A stretch of 63,665 nt of DNA, filler included. It is 5 parts of 5 records of this genome, joined end to end, with 100 filler letters (N's around TTAATTAATTAA, not from the genome) between each part and the next. Parts side by side here need not be neighbours in the genome. Positions count along the whole stretch, not along the records: positions 22,257 to 45,345 come from DRR378314_1026; 4 more parts are not named here. One strand, 5' to 3'. The position numbers were made by a program, and so were the translations under genes. The notes under the pieces are model-generated. The model did not search any database, was not told the origin of the DNA, and was given only the letters and a program-made list of their open reading frames with translations. Shown piece by piece: positions 23,204 through 35,100 of this stretch. Every line of letters starts with the position of its first letter. Position 1 is the first letter of the stretch.

Positions 23204-24465
23204 TCATCGTGTTTCAGACTCGCGGAATGATTTCGAGGTGGATTCAAGCAATGATCTGTGTGTTACAACGACGGTGGGAAACGGAAGACAGACAAGTTCG
23301 CGACGACGATCCGCAGAGTGCGCGTGAGCAGAGCAGCTGCGATTCGTTGTCGCCACAACACTCGGCCTGCACGCGCGCCTTCCGAAACTAACACAAAACT
23401 CTTTCGCTACCCCACAACCTCAAGGAATCATCTCAGTCAAATATCAAGGAAGTATGAGTACGCGAGCGCGTGGAAAGCGCAAGCGTTCGCGCGCTGTGGT
23501 AGCGTGTAGGCAGCGTACGCTTCGCGCTCGACAGCTGCGACCGCGCGCCGGAGACCGTCGACAGCGTCGGGCAGCGACTCGTTCCGTCCCGGCAGCGCCG
23601 AAAGCATATGCCGCGCCGCAGCAATGCGTCGTTTCACCGCATTTCCCTACATATGTATCGATGGTAACGCAAGAAAAAAGGCGTACGCAGTGGCACGCGC
23701 GTAATGAGTGGGGTTGGGTGAGCACTGCAAGCAAGCTCGCGCGCAGTGCACGCGCCGACGAGAAGCGGACGCAGAGTGACCGCGGTACGCTCCACGCCCC
23801 TTCCCTCCGCACGGAAAATCTTGGCAAAACAACAACAACGACAACAATCGCCCACCTGGTATTATACGCCAACAACAACACGGACTTTCTTCAAGGCGAT
23901 CAGCCTGGTCGCACAAGGATGAGGAGGCATTGTGAACACGATCGCACAACTCTCAGTCACTCGCAGCCTGCTGGAACCAAGACCTCCAGCTACCACGAGT
24001 AACGCAACGCGCTGTGCAGCACCGAAGCAGCGGTGGACGGACGCTCCGCCAAATTAAAAAAAAACAAAGGTAGCGAAAATATATACTACAATGTAGTCAT
24101 ATAAGGTTCACTCACGCATGTCTAACGAACGCACAAGAATAAGAACGTTGCGCGGGCTAACGAGGCCGCTAAGCGCGCCGCACAGGAACGCAGTTGCAGT
24201 CGAGTTGGCGAGTCACTCGCAGCGCCCAGCAGGCTCCGCGCTCGCGGCTTGCCGCGGAATTCACCTTGAGCGCGATTTCGTGACCGTCCACGCTCCCTGA
24301 AACCAAAGAGTCGAGAATATCCGCAAGTGCTGGAGCTAGACTAAATGTTCTGAGCAATGCTACCGCTTCATCTGCGTCTGTGGCGCTGCCACGCTGCGCT
24401 GCTTCCTGCGTAGTCGGAGCGCTGTTAGAGGCGTCCGGCGCGCCAGCCATGGGCTCATCTTCCAT
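23204..24465 (-). CDS. MED9: Mediator subunit 9 (Med9/Cse2)-like protein, ~126 aa; exons 24465-24265, 23646-23519, 23255-23204
   Basis: Spliced product MEDEPMAG...FSLAPALADILDSLVSGSVDGHEIALK|GNAVKRRIAAARHMLSALPGRNESLPDAVDGLRRAVAAVEREA|SLLESTSKSFRESETR*. GT-AG introns with consistent phases. Size and helix-helix-LPG-coiled-coil pattern resemble Med9. Confidence 0.6.
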
Positions 24466-25625
24466 GTCTCCTGCCGTATCCCTGCACACCAGCCTGCGAT
24501 CGGACGAAGCCCGCCGCCATGCCAGCAAGAAGAAGTAGCTGTAAGTGCGGCAGAAATTCCACCTTCACTGCTCGCAATTTTGAGGAAGAGATCGAACGAA
24601 CGAGAAGCGGTGCCAAACTGGTGTCGACCGTTCCCCGCAGCCGCGCGCAGGTTCCGAGCGCGCGGAGGAGGAGCTCGGCGAAAGGCACAATGTGGAAGCT
24701 CACGGGCACACCAACGAGAAAAGAAAACCACGCGACATGCGGATAGTAACAGCTGCTCTTCTGCGCCAATGTACGTACGTAGTTCCTAGGCGAGATAGAG
24801 AGGGGCGGGAGAGGGAGAGCGAATACGCGGTGCTCTTCAAAAGTCGCTGTCGTGTTTGCCGCGACTGCCGGAGCGGCACAGCTGCGACTCGACGCGCAAA
24901 GCAAAAATCCCGAGACTCCCCGATCGCGCTGTGGCTTTGGAACGGTTTCCTTTTATCAGCACAACGCCACCTTTTTCGCAGCGGACAAGCAGGTGCGCCC
25001 ACCGGTTTCGGGCCCAACGAATTGTGAACGCCCCACCTCGCCCTTCGGAACCATTCGCGTGCGATATAGACATGGCTAATGTTGGAGCGGTATCGTGCTA
25101 TCATATTGGCGTCGCTGTGGGTGGCAAGCTTGCGCGCAGGCAGGAGAGGCCGGTAGAGTACGAGCCGGGGCATTGGCGGCCTGTCTACTGTTGTCAACAA
25201 CGGGCGCCCCAAGGCTGAGGTGCCTCTGCTGTGAGCTTTCCCTCCGTCAACTACATTCTGAAAGGTTGGAAAAAGCCGGTTTATTGCACAATTATCTGTT
25301 CATTTCTCATCTGCCGGCTAAGCAAGCTACACAGAACAGCGTACGCTGAGATACGCCAGACAGTTCGCACGAAGAGGCTGTTCCGGCGCTGCTTCCCAGC
25401 AGGTTCTTCTTCTTCGGCATGCAATATACGCAACACTCTCTCATTTGGCGTGTGAACTTCTCGTGTTTGTTATGCGTACTAGCGTTCTCTATGCAATTAG
25501 AAGACAACGTTATAGGCTAAAGCTCACAACCGCGCCAGAAGCATCCAAGAAGGAGAGCATTCCGGTGCGCAACGAGGTCGGGAACCTCGCGAGCAACACC
25601 TTTCCACGCGGACGCCAAAGGGGGT

Positions 25626-27832
25626 TTACTTGAACAAGAGACGAGTGAATTCCTTCAATGCGCCCTTCCCTGGCTTTCCGCCCCAAACGGAGCCCCACAG
25701 AGCGTGACCTTCCGCGTCGCGCACGACCAAGTTGCCGTCGTCGCACATTTCGAGAGTCACCGGGAGCTGACCGTCCCCGTTCGTATTCGTAGCCCAGATG
25801 GGGGAACCCTGCCCGTCCACTGCGACCACGTTGCCGTCGTCCAGCACAACAACACTGCCGCCACCGACGTGTCCTGTAAACAAAGAACAGGAACAAGAAA
25901 AGAAACATTTCAATTTGCACATCGCTCCAGGAGCCGGGTCCGAAATAGGGTGGCTATTCCGCGCCGCATTTGGGCAACGGGCCTCCCTCTTGCCATTCGA
26001 GGAAAGTGCGCACCCTTGCCATTACACTTCGCCGTCCACAGAGGCCTCATGTTTGATGCATCGCAAACGACAAAGTTATCTGCGGAGTTCGCATTGTCCC
26101 CACAACAAAGATCATCATTAGCATCGATGGAATTTTTGCAGAGAGCACGATACGGCCGCGTGCGAACGAGCGCCTTGCCGTTAGCAGCCCAGCGCGTCAG
26201 TAGGCAGAAAGCTCCGTACGGCCCTGCTCGCTGTTGAGCCTGCAGCAGCTCAGCGGCGCGCGAATAAAGCACCTCCCCGGCCCACCACAGCGAAACTGGA
26301 CGCCGGAAATACATGTGTGTTATCTCTATCGGCGGCATAATTGAACACATGACACGGCGCTCGTCGGCAGCAATCAGGTACGTTGAGCAGAGGGAGCGAG
26401 ATTGCTGCGCTACGCCGCGCGAGCGGGAAGTTGTCGCCGTCCAGCTGTCCACGGCAAGGTTTCGTAGCGCGGCGTTCACTTTCCATGCAGATCGCGATGG
26501 CAGTACTTCCGGTACAATCACTCGAAAGTGACTGTGTCGGTTGCGAACGCTTGATCCATTGCGCGACTTGACGTCGACTCACGGCGACTAAGGTGTCGCA
26601 ACGCTACGGGAAGCCACGGTTCGCTCGTTCGTGCGTGGCTTTGGATCCACAACTAAGAATACGCAAGGGGTAGGCGCACAAGACGACGTGCGCACCTAGC
26701 GATTTAGCAGATGGAACGTACTGTCCTGTTGCACTGTGGCGAAGAATCGCCCACTCGCAGAAGTCAGACGGTGTCCCTCGTGCAGAACGAAGCCTACACG
26801 GCCGATGGCATTGTGCTGCCGCCTTTCCTTTTCGCGCTCTTCCTGCTCGCGTTTCTCGATATTATCCTTTTTCTGCTCGATTATGGCTTGCATCGATTGA
26901 ATTTGTTCGGCTTTCTGCTCAAGTTCGTGGGCCTGCTTGACAAATTCTGCGTTTGCCTCGCTGAAAGCTGCTTGCGCGTCTTGCATCTTCCGCTTTGCGT
27001 CCTCTGCCTCTGACCGCAAATCCGCGACGGTTTGCCGCAAGTCCGCGTTTTCCTTGACCATCTCCTGGTGCCGCAGCTGCTCTTGCTCATCTTTTCTCCG
27101 AAGAGCTGCATCCATTTCACTTCGCACAAACTCGAGCTGCTGGCGAGAGCGCTCTGCAGCCGCGTCGAGGTCGGCACGCGCGCGCTGCAGGTCATCCTCG
27201 TACTTCCTCCGGGCAGCCCAGATGCCCTGGTGGATACCGCGCAGCACGTCCACAATCTGGTCGACACCTTGCTCGCGCGTGCTCGCAGAAACAATCCAAA
27301 TATAGCGCTTCTCCTCGAATGACTCGGCGTGGTTTACTTTCGCCATCGCTTTACAGGCGTTTTGTAGGGCGGTTGACATCGGGTTGCTGCCAACGTCGAT
27401 GGCCGTCACAGAGCTGTTCTTCACCAGCGCCTGCAGGAGCACTGTGCCGCCCTCCTCGTCCACATCGGTGTCCCGCAGCGAGAGCGTCCGCACCGAGCAC
27501 TCGTCAGCTTCCAGAACACGCGCCAATGCGAAGATACCGGTACTTCCGATTGGGTTATGATCCACTCGGAACGATCGCAATGTCCCTGATTGTTGCAAAA
27601 TCGGCAGCACGGCGGCAAAGCCTGCACTGCTGAGCGCCGTGCGGGAGAGATCCAGCTCGCGAACGTCTACGCGAGCGGCCTCGCGCGCCACCTCGCGCGC
27701 CGCGTCATCGCTCAGCTCCCAGCCGCACCCGACGACTTTCGTTTCGCCACGCTGGAGCTGCCGCACGGGCGACTCCGCAGCCCGGAGACCACGAACTTCA
27801 GACTGCATTCCTGTGAATTCAAACGAGTCCAT
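25626..27832 (-). CDS. RI-like LRR + coiled coil + bulb-type (GNA/B-type) lectin domain protein, ~474 aa; exons 27832-26722, 26079-26014, 25873-25626
   Basis: LRRs: VRELDLSRTALSSAGFAAV, LRSFRVDHNPIGSTGIFALARVL, VRTLSLRDTDVDEEGGTVLLQAL, VTAIDVGSNPM. E/Q/K/R-rich coiled coil. Spliced C-terminus LHEGHRLTSASGRFFATVQQDNNFVVC..RPLWTA..VLDDGNVVAV..PIWATNT..EMCDDGNLVVRD..ALWGS gives three B-lectin subdomains. Confidence 0.85.
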
Positions 27833-29106
27833 TGTGGCTGATATTTATATTATTATTCGCTGATACGCTGTGGGGAGAGCGTTCTCTACCTTGCCTGTGC
27901 GCTTCGGTGCGGCGCGGCGCGTCGAAGCGTGTGGGTGCGAGTCAGGCCCGCGAAAACGAGCCGCAACGCGCATGGTGTGGGATCGCCTGGCTTTGCGAAC
28001 GAAGCTGGAAAATTCCTTCAGGCACTGCGAGGTGCAATCGGACAAAAATTTTCCCATTGCCTGCCGGTACCCTGATCACAGTGACAAGCGTTATTGGAGT
28101 ACTGGTTGCGCAGCGTCCTCGAAATTGACCGCTTTCTCTCCCCTAGCACGCGTGGTGAAAGAAAACGGGCTGCGTTCGGCTCGTCCTGCACGTGTAGCCC
28201 ACCCCTCAAAGCCAACTTCGGTCGCCAAGAGGGGAATAGACGCCATCACCGCCTGCCTCTGTAACACCCATCTACCACGTTGCGAACAGATCAAGGTGAT
28301 GCGCCGAACTGCGCTTCTACGACCGTGTCGGAAATTCAGGTGCAAGGGCTTGCGTGGAAACGGGCGCCGCACCCGAGCCCAAGTGCAAGGGATTCGTCCA
28401 CGCTGCGCCATACACCCATACTCGTTTCGCCGTATTGCTACTTCGTCTCTCGCATTCTATCGAGATCATTAAAATGATAAAACACGCCATGTTGCTCCAA
28501 ATTCCTGTATTTTGGCTCTTCAAGTAGATCGTAAGCGGTTTGATGGGGCGTGGCCTTTGGGAGATCCTGCAATGGAATGTCCGTGTGGATTCGCACCTAT
28601 GCTCTTGGTCCGTACTCGGAAGTGATACGACCCGGGACTGCATGCTACGTCACTATTGGGCACAGTTGTCGAATTTGTTTTTGTGGCACACGGAAGTAAT
28701 ATGCGTTTTCACGTGTGATAGCTGGTGTACAGTGGGCGCGACAGACCGGCGTAGTTGGGAGGTTACGCCACTCGGAAGGGCGTGAAGCCAGGCAAGCTGT
28801 GCCGCGTTGAGATCGTGCAAATATCTCGGGATGTGCGCACTCAAGAGTTCCAGAATTTCGGGGGCATTCCAGCTTCGGCGCATGAATTTGTTCAGATACA
28901 AGGTAAAAGTGGAGACTGCAGCGTTTTCTCATTCATAACGAATCCTGAGTTTTCGTCTTGAGTTTCTGACTTGCGAACCGACGAACGACCGTCTCACGCG
29001 GCATAACACCTCCGCGGCGGCCTTTGGCTTCCGGCGTACACGAGCGGTGCAGCTCAAGTTATGCTGCTGTAGTACAAGAATATGATCTCCTTCGCTATGA
29101 TATTTC

Positions 29107-32100
29107 TTATTCAGAAATCTCGTCGTCAGGAGGGGGAGGAGGCGCGGTCGTAGGCTCCTCAAAGGCAGGCGGTGAGCCTTCGCGCGCCGCACTCTGTCCC
29201 TCGGCGCGCAGCGGAGCAGTATCGCGCTGCTCTGCATCATCCTGCTCAGCAGCTCCAGTATCAGGGCTATGCGCGGCGTCGACAGCACGTTGCGGTATGC
29301 TGTCATCATCCACACAGTCCGTTTCGCAGGCGTGCACCTGTGGCTGATGTGCGCTTGGTGCCGAGGGTTCTGCACTGGCCCGCCCGCCCGATGGCTCTTG
29401 GGAGCCCGAGCGCGACCGGGATGCGCCGCGCGCCGTCCGTGCGGCCTCGCTAGAATCCTCGTTCTCCGGCGAAGCGTCCTGTAGCGTGGCACTGCCCTCC
29501 ACGGGAGGATCGTCGTGATTGGGTCCTTCCACTCCAACACCTTGGTCATCATGTTCGATGCTTTGCTTTTCGGGTACCATCTGTTCTGCAGTGGATGTTC
29601 TCGATTGGTGAAGAGCCTCGTCGGAGGTGATCGCTGTGGATTCGGATGGGCTAGCTGCACTGCCGACGTCCTCCGTGGATTCTCCGTTGCTCCGATCAGC
29701 TTGCTCGACATCTTTGCTTTCCGTGATCATTGTTTGCGCTTCAGCTGTGTCTACCAAATCCATGTTGGTTTGCTCCAAAGAATGAGGGGACGAGAAATCT
29801 GCTTCCGATGAGGACGGGGCGGCCGGTGCGTAACCGGAGTCAGCGCTTTGCGCGACCGCGTCGTCACATCCGACTGGATCCACCCCCTCCACGCCCGATA
29901 ATTCTACTGACTTGTCTTTCGAAGGCGGAGGATGCGTTTCTCCCGAGTCATCTCCTTTCTCGATTGATAAACGAATACTTACTGTGTCTGACGTAGATCG
30001 TTTATCAGGGTCACCGCTCGTTTCATTCGCTAGCGCGGCAGTGTCGTTGACGTTCAGCATCGCGTGATTGCTAGAGGACGCCGCGGATATGGGGTTTCCG
30101 GTCGGCTCGTTTTCATTCCTCGCTTTGCGCGTTGCAATAGTTTTATCGTCCATCTCTGCAACGTCATGCAGTGATGCCGAGTGCAAAGTTACACTGGGCG
30201 TTGCGAACTCTTCAGCTGACTCGGAGCTTGTTACCGGTACTTCATTCAGGCGACCACTCTCGGGTTCCTGCTGGTCCGTGGATTCCGAGTACGGTGCCTG
30301 GCCTTGCGCGTGGGCGAACTCCGCAGAGCTATCGCACTCGCCAGCGCCACTCAACACGACTGATTCCGGTTCTTCTTTACCTGAGCTTTCATTTGTTGCA
30401 TTGTTGCCGTACAAACAACCATCGCTAGTTTCTCCCGCTATGCTAGGCTCCTGTTCCGAAGCTCGCTGCGATTCTTCGCCAGTCTCTTGCTCCGGCTCTT
30501 GTCCGCGCGTGTCACGTTCTTGTGAGCCGTGCATACCGTCTTGCCCATCGCCCGAAAAGTCTCCCTGATGACCGCTGCTCCTCCTAACTTGTTCGGGGCC
30601 CGTAAGCTTGCGAGACGGCTCTACATCGCTCGGTTCGTTGAGTGTTCCGTCCGCCGACGCGGAACCGTAGTTTCCTTCCCCACTTTCTGTACGCTCTACC
30701 TCGTTCTTCGCACTCGATGTCGGACCTGCTTCCGTGTTGGCGAGCGGTTTTATTGGCACGACTTCATTGGGGGCGTCTGTGCGTTCCTCGGGGGTGAGCG
30801 AATTTTTTGTGGACGAAGGCTCTTCGGAAAGCTGAGGAGAGTCGCGACGATAAGCATCGTTTAGGCGCTCTCCGTCAGACGATTTTGGTTCCTCACTGTC
30901 TACATTTTCTGGATCAAACAATCTTTCGAGTGAGTGAGTATCCATAAGATGTATGGACCCGCGCGTTGAAAGTGATGTCCGCTCCGATGCAGGAACTGAC
31001 CCGCTTTCGGCGGCCTCAGTCAGCACTGCATCCAGTGCCTGCAGCGCGATCAAGCTTGACGGAACCGTGCGCCCAAACAGAATCGACCGCGTGCGGGATC
31101 GCCTGGCCATAAATTTTCGCTCATCCGCAAGAGTCGGCACGACTCCGGTTATGTCCGCGTGTCCATGAACAATGGCGTCCAGTAAGCGGGCCGCATGGGC
31201 GTAGCACGGTGTGCCTAGGAGCGCGCGTGCAGCAGCGATGACACGGTTGCTCACTTCAACAGTGTCCGGGTCGCCAAGCGGCACATTGAGCAGAAGCTCG
31301 CGCATAAACGTCAGCGTAGGAACGGCCCACGACGCAGGACCGCCTTCAAGCACATCCAACAGGACTGTTAATATCTTTGGGCGGTAATTGCGAATGTGGT
31401 CGTCGCAGAAAGGCCTGCGGATTTCAGAGAGAAACTCGTCAACTGACGTGTAATCGTTTCGTGCAAGGCGTCGCAGCACCGTGCCTAGTTTGCCGAACCC
31501 GCTGCTATCGGCTGCGGCACTGAGCGAAGCGATTGCGCTCCCCAGCGGAATCGGTCCAGTGAAGGCATCGCTCTCTGTCTGAACCGCTAACGAAAGGATA
31601 TCAGAACGGATGTGGTGTGTGTCGTTGTGCGACAGAATCGCTTGAGAAGGCTGCCCGGCATTGCTCACCGACTGGCCAGCGCGCGGTTGCACGGGGTTTG
31701 CTCCGTTTCCGCACAGAAGCGACAGGTCGTCGCACTGCTGCAGCACCGGATCATCGGCCAGATCAAGGTCACTGTCGGCACACCCAACGTTCTGTTGGAT
31801 GCGGATAGAGAGCGCCGGAATAAGTACGGCAACGTGCAAAAAAATGGACTCCGAATCAGGGCCAGTGATTTCTGGTGCGCGTATCTGCGCTAGCGCGCAT
31901 GTGAGGCGCAGCGAGCTCACCGCGCTTGTAGGCGACGCCAGTCCGCCTGCAACTATGGGGAGCAATCCTCTGAACGATCCCTCCCATGCTTTGGGGAGCG
32001 CGGCAAGGACAATGTGCAGAGAATTCTCTTCTGTTAGATCAAGCTTGAGAAGAATTTGAAGCAGCGTGACCGACACGGCGTTGAACACCGCTGTGAACGG

Positions 32101-35100
32101 GCTCTGCAGGAGCGCGCAGCAGCCCCACAGAACCTGTGCGTAAAGCAGTAGCTTTTTCGCGTCCATGAGTGCAATCGCCCTCGTTAATGACCGCGCAACA
32201 TCTACAATCTGCACAATGCTCGCCGGCGAGGGATTCGCCAGAGCTGTCGAGCAGATGCTAAGGAGCCGGAGCGCTGCCGAATACGACATGATTGGATGAA
32301 GAGATCGGTAAATGGCATGTGATATGGCGCCGTACATTGTCCCGTCGAGCGCCGTTGCACTGGAGAGCGCGACAGATGCCCATTTCTCGTGCAGTTGATG
32401 ATCCGGATCCAAAAGGTTGTTTATGCGCTCAACAACAGAAGGAAGATTTTGATCACAGAAAAGAGGCGTCTTCATCATCTTTTGTACGAAGTCACCGCTT
32501 GTGTCTATCGCGCTTGACGTTGTGGGCAAAGCGGCGGTGCCACGACTTGCCACATCACGAACACTGTCTTCCGTGTCCTGTAACTGCAGCGTGCCGACAG
32601 CTTCAAGAACATTGATGGCTTCTTCTCTTATGAACTCCGACTCCACGGATTCTCCAAGCGCATCGCCTTGCCGCACAGTTAGGCCGTGCACAGTCGCTGC
32701 GAGGATCGAGCGCGAGGCGCTGGCAACGAGCTCTTTCGGGGACATCGTCAAGACTGCCGCAGTGTGCAAGACGCGCGGAAGGCAGTGCCGGATCGTGTCT
32801 GTGCTTTCATAAACGATATCGACGAGCAGTATAAGAGCAATTTCATATATAAGCAGCGCGATGGGTGTCTCTTGCCCGACGGTGGAGTCCTGTCGCGCAC
32901 GCAGGGCGTCTGTGGACGGCATCGAAGCGCGGCGCACGTCGTGCTTTACGCTCGACGATTGCTGCGCCACTTGCCGCTTGATGGGCGGGTGAGCATCGGA
33001 TCGAAGTACACTGGACGGTCGCCGAATCCAGGGAGGAAGTTCTCGGAATACAGAGTGGTTAGCGTGAATGAATCGATCGGCAAGCTGAACACGCTCGGCG
33101 ATGTCACTTTCTACCGTAGCCAAGAGCCCGGGATCCGCTTCGAGCGCAGCAACGAGATTTTTCACAAATGGAAGCGACACCCCGGACAGCACGTCCGCCT
33201 CGGGCAAGTCCACCGTCGTGCCGAGGCGCCCACGTTTCAGAATGAGGTGTTCCGAGATGTTACCCCCTCTGCCTGATGCATGAGGACCACCACGCGCGGG
33301 GGAATCAGCTACCGTGGGCGTCCACTCGGCGCTCCGAATTGTTGTCTGCGCTGCCCTGGAAGAGTCCGCGCCGGAGCCTCCGGCGGGCTTTGAGCCCTTC
33401 CCTAGGCGCGTGGGAACTGCCTGTTCGGCTGCTTGTCCTGTCGGTAGTTCGCCGTGCTGGCGCCAAATAGATGGGTTTCTTCTATCTGCTGAATCCTTTT
33501 GGTTCCTTTTGCCGTGTGGTATCTGGTTTGCACGCGCGGCTCCGTTGCGCCCGACGTCCATTCCCTGCGCATCTCGCTCTTCATGGCCCTGTCCTACGCG
33601 AGCACCTGCGTCGCCCTCGACTTCGTCCCACTGCAGCGAGAGGGATACGCGCTGCCACTCCGCTCGATCCAACGATACCTGTTGCGATGAATCAGCTGGA
33701 ATAGAGAAGTCAGATGCCGTTCCGTCGACTGATGATTGATGAGGTGCGCTCCCGGGGGGGCTGTCAGTGTCGCCGGTCGTATCGCGCGCGCGCTGCAGTG
33801 GCCGCGCGCCCGTCGCCTGCGCACGCAATGCGACCGGTCTCAATTCGTGCGATTCGTGCAGAGCTGCAGGACGACGCTCCATGCTCTCCGCAAGAATATG
33901 GTGTTTTTCGTACGCTGTAATGATGGGGCCGATGGTGTCGAGGTCGATTTCTGCTAATAGACACTGCGCGCAATCGTCCGTTTCGGCGCGCGAGAGGAAC
34001 AGTGCCACGTGGCGCGCCACTTCCAAGTGGACGGAGAGCGTGTTTACGTCCTTTTTCGACGCATTGTGAATGCGAAGCAACAGGAATTTGGTCGCAGGAA
34101 CAATATTTTCAGGATCGCTCGTCAGAGAAGCCCACAGGTCCTCAATGTATAGAGGGAGTCGGTCTACGTATGCCTTGGTGAGAGAGTACAGTGCCTCGAG
34201 AACATCGTGCGCCATGGCGTCGCCCGTGCTCTCGTCGGTCGCAGTGAGGTCAATCTGTTTCATCCACGGCAGAAGAAAAGTGAGCGTCGCCTTTTGCTGC
34301 ACCTCGCTCAAACTTGCAAATCTTCGCATAGAACTGAGAAAGACTTGCGGTGCTATGAACGAAAAATCGTAGGACAGGCGCTCCGAAACGTCAAACTGTG
34401 TCCGGGAAATCGCCGCCGGCCCGAAACCTGCGATGCAGAGCGGAAAGTGCGGTGTCGACTCGGCGCTCGTATGCGCGAGCTGCCGCGCCAGAATGTGCAG
34501 CATGGCAACTCCCTCGGCGCGCGCAGGGGCCACATTGGATCCTAATCCAATGAGGGTGGTGTTGATCATTTCTGCAACGGGGCAGGATAGCACCAGGTCG
34601 GGGAGTTGGAGATGCATTTCTGCTCGTCGGCTGAGGGCCGCCATGCACAGCGATATCGATGTGCCTTCCTCCACGTACGCCGTGGAAAGCAGCCACCGTA
34701 GCGCGCCCTCGTCGCGCATACTTAGCCACAGCATCACGTCTAACACGCAATTTTGAAGAGCTTGTGGCATGCTTTGGACGGAGGGTAAGAGAAGGGCAAC
34801 GCCTGCGAGCAGAGTGTCGCGGGAAGTTGCGGCCGCCTCCCTGCGAAGGTCGCGCCCTTCACTGGGCGGGAACATAGCTTGTGCACCCACGTCTGCTACC
34901 ACTTTGTGCATAGCTTTGGAATGGGCGCTTGCAGAAAGTCCATCAGTCCCGAAAGATTGCAAATGCTGTCCATCGTAGAATGGTTCTTGCCTGTGGACCG
35001 AGGGCATGCTTGCAGAGGAAGCCGGAATGGGGGACGCAAGGACAGCAAGGCAACGGAGATAGCACTGCAACGCCTCAGCCTTGCAGAGATCTACTCTGAG

